Below, piece by piece: positions 62,786-64,000 of a stretch of 64,000 bases of DNA. The position numbers were made by a program, and so were the translations under genes. The stretch comes from Salinispira sp. (GTDB taxonomy: Bacteria > Spirochaetota > Spirochaetia > DSM-27196 > Salinispiraceae), in NCBI GenBank assembly GCA_965226555.1, contig CBDDDG010000021.1, positions 352,001 to 416,000 on the forward strand. The letters are read 5' to 3'. The notes beneath the pieces were generated by a model, which was not told the origin of the DNA, searched no databases, and worked only from the letters and a program-made list of their open reading frames with translations. Positions within the stretch are counted from its first letter, which is position 1, and each line of letters begins with the position of its first letter.

Positions 62786-63694
62786 ATGATTTCTCAAATA
62801 ATTGATGGAAAAAAAATATCCGCTGACCTGCGCAAAAAAATTTTTCAGGATGTGCAGGAATTACGGAAAAACAATACTGTTCCGGGTCTTGGAGTTATTC
62901 TTGTGGGTAACAATCCTGCGAGTAAAAGTTATGTTCGCGCAAAGAAGCGGGCCTGTGAAGAAATAGGCATACATTCACAGGACATTCTGTTACCCGAAAC
63001 AATCAGTGAAACTGAGTTATTGAACCACATAAGCAATTTGAATGCCGATGAGAAAATTCACGGCATTCTTGTGCAGCTCCCGCTCCCGCAGCATATTAAT
63101 GAAAGCAGCGTGTTGGCATGTATCTCTCCAGAAAAAGATATTGACGGATTCCATGCCATGAGCCTTGGAAAGCTCATGCTCGGACAGGATACCTTCATTT
63201 CCTGTACGCCCCACGGTATCATTCAACTTCTTCGTTCTATTGATCAGCCTCCCGAAGGCAGGCACTGCGTTATCGTTGGAAGGAGCAACATTGTGGGAAA
63301 GCCTCTGGCAAACCTTCTGCTCCTGAAAAATTCAATGGGTAACGCAACAGTTACCGTGTGCCATAGCCGTACTCCCAATGTGTCAGCCTATACCCGACAG
63401 GCAGACATTCTTATTGCGGCCATAGGTCAGCCGGAAACAATCCGCGGCAGTATGATTAAACCAGGAGCCATTGTTATTGATGTGGGAGTTAACCGTATTG
63501 AAGACAATACACGGAAAAATGGATATCGGCTTGTCGGAGATGTTGCCTTTGATGAGGCCCGAGAATGTGCCTCATACATTACGCCTGTGCCGGGAGGAGT
63601 CGGACCCATGACCATAAGCATGCTCCTGTGGAATACCGTTAAGGCGGCGCGGGATCAATTGTCTGCGCAGCGCATGAAATCGGCGCAACACTAG
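62786..63694 (+). CDS. folD: Methylenetetrahydrofolate dehydrogenase/cyclohydrolase
   Basis: YVRAK, GILVQLPLP, KDIDG, GRSNIVGKP, TPVPGGVGPMT. Confidence 0.97.
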   Translation: MISQIIDGKKISADLRKKIFQDVQELRKNNTVPGLGVILVGNNPASKSYVRAKKRACEEIGIHSQDILLPETISETELLNHISNLNADEKIHGILVQLPLPQHINESSVLACISPEKDIDGFHAMSLGKLMLGQDTFISCTPHGIIQLLRSIDQPPEGRHCVIVGRSNIVGKPLANLLLLKNSMGNATVTVCHSRTPNVSAYTRQADILIAAIGQPETIRGSMIKPGAIVIDVGVNRIEDNTRKNGYRLVGDVAFDEARECASYITPVPGGVGPMTISMLLWNTVKAARDQLSAQRMKSAQH

Positions 63695-63709
63695 CAGGAT
63701 TCTGAAAAT

Positions 63710-64000
63710 ATGAAAGACATTCAGAATTCTTTTGATCATCGAAAGCTTGACCTCGATCGGGTTGGGGTCAAAAATATCCGCTACCCCATAAAAATTTTAG
63801 ATAAGTCCGTTGAATATCAGCATACAAGCGCGGAAGTCGATTTGTATGTCAATCTTCCTCATTATTTCAAAGGTACTCATATGAGCCGCTTTATTGAGGT
63901 CTTCAATGAACATGCTCATAACATCCGCATGAACAATTTTCTCCACATGCTTGAGGAAATTCGCTTGGCGCTTCATGCCGAACAGTCCCATGGAGAAATA
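63710..64000 (+). CDS. folE2: GTP cyclohydrolase IB (FolE2), 5' part
   Basis: Manual translation MKDIQNSFDHRKLDLDRVGVKNIRYPI...VNLPHYFKGTHMSRF. Confidence 0.88.
   Translation, partial: MKDIQNSFDHRKLDLDRVGVKNIRYPIKILDKSVEYQHTSAEVDLYVNLPHYFKGTHMSRFIEVFNEHAHNIRMNNFLHMLEEIRLALHAEQSHGEI

Overview
Bacterial chromosomal window, most likely a spirochaete (long GreA, ~600-aa AlaRS, FliG-like paralogue, and a rimP-nusA-infB / rbfA-truB-rpsO-pnp-dut-lptFG-tgt-murJ backbone). The FG-GAP, Fn3/DUF285 and repeat-rich lipoproteins suggest a host-associated lifestyle (inference). The backbone also holds tRNA-Val, tRNA-Phe, rpe, folD, folE2 and a speA-CANSDH-nspC-speB polyamine operon. It is interrupted by IS5, IS481/IS1202-like and IS3 elements, a DUF262/DUF1524 nuclease and an orphan hsdS. 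Four features stand out. (1) A cassette occurs three times: an Fn3-DUF285 lipoprotein, a shared terminator/3' flank, a shared leader, then Rpn/YhgA PD-(D/E)XK nuclease gene(s). (2) Every rpn copy has an internal SD+ATG for a small C-terminal repeat protein (RpnS-type antitoxin) that stays intact while the nuclease parts are repeatedly destroyed. (3) A modular family of small palindromic elements inserts cleanly and in one orientation into rpn genes, sits just before ribosome-binding sites, and inserts in frame into an IS5 transposase. (4) IF2 carries a ~500-aa hexapeptide-repeat C-terminal tail. All calls come from reading motifs by eye; no database searches were run.
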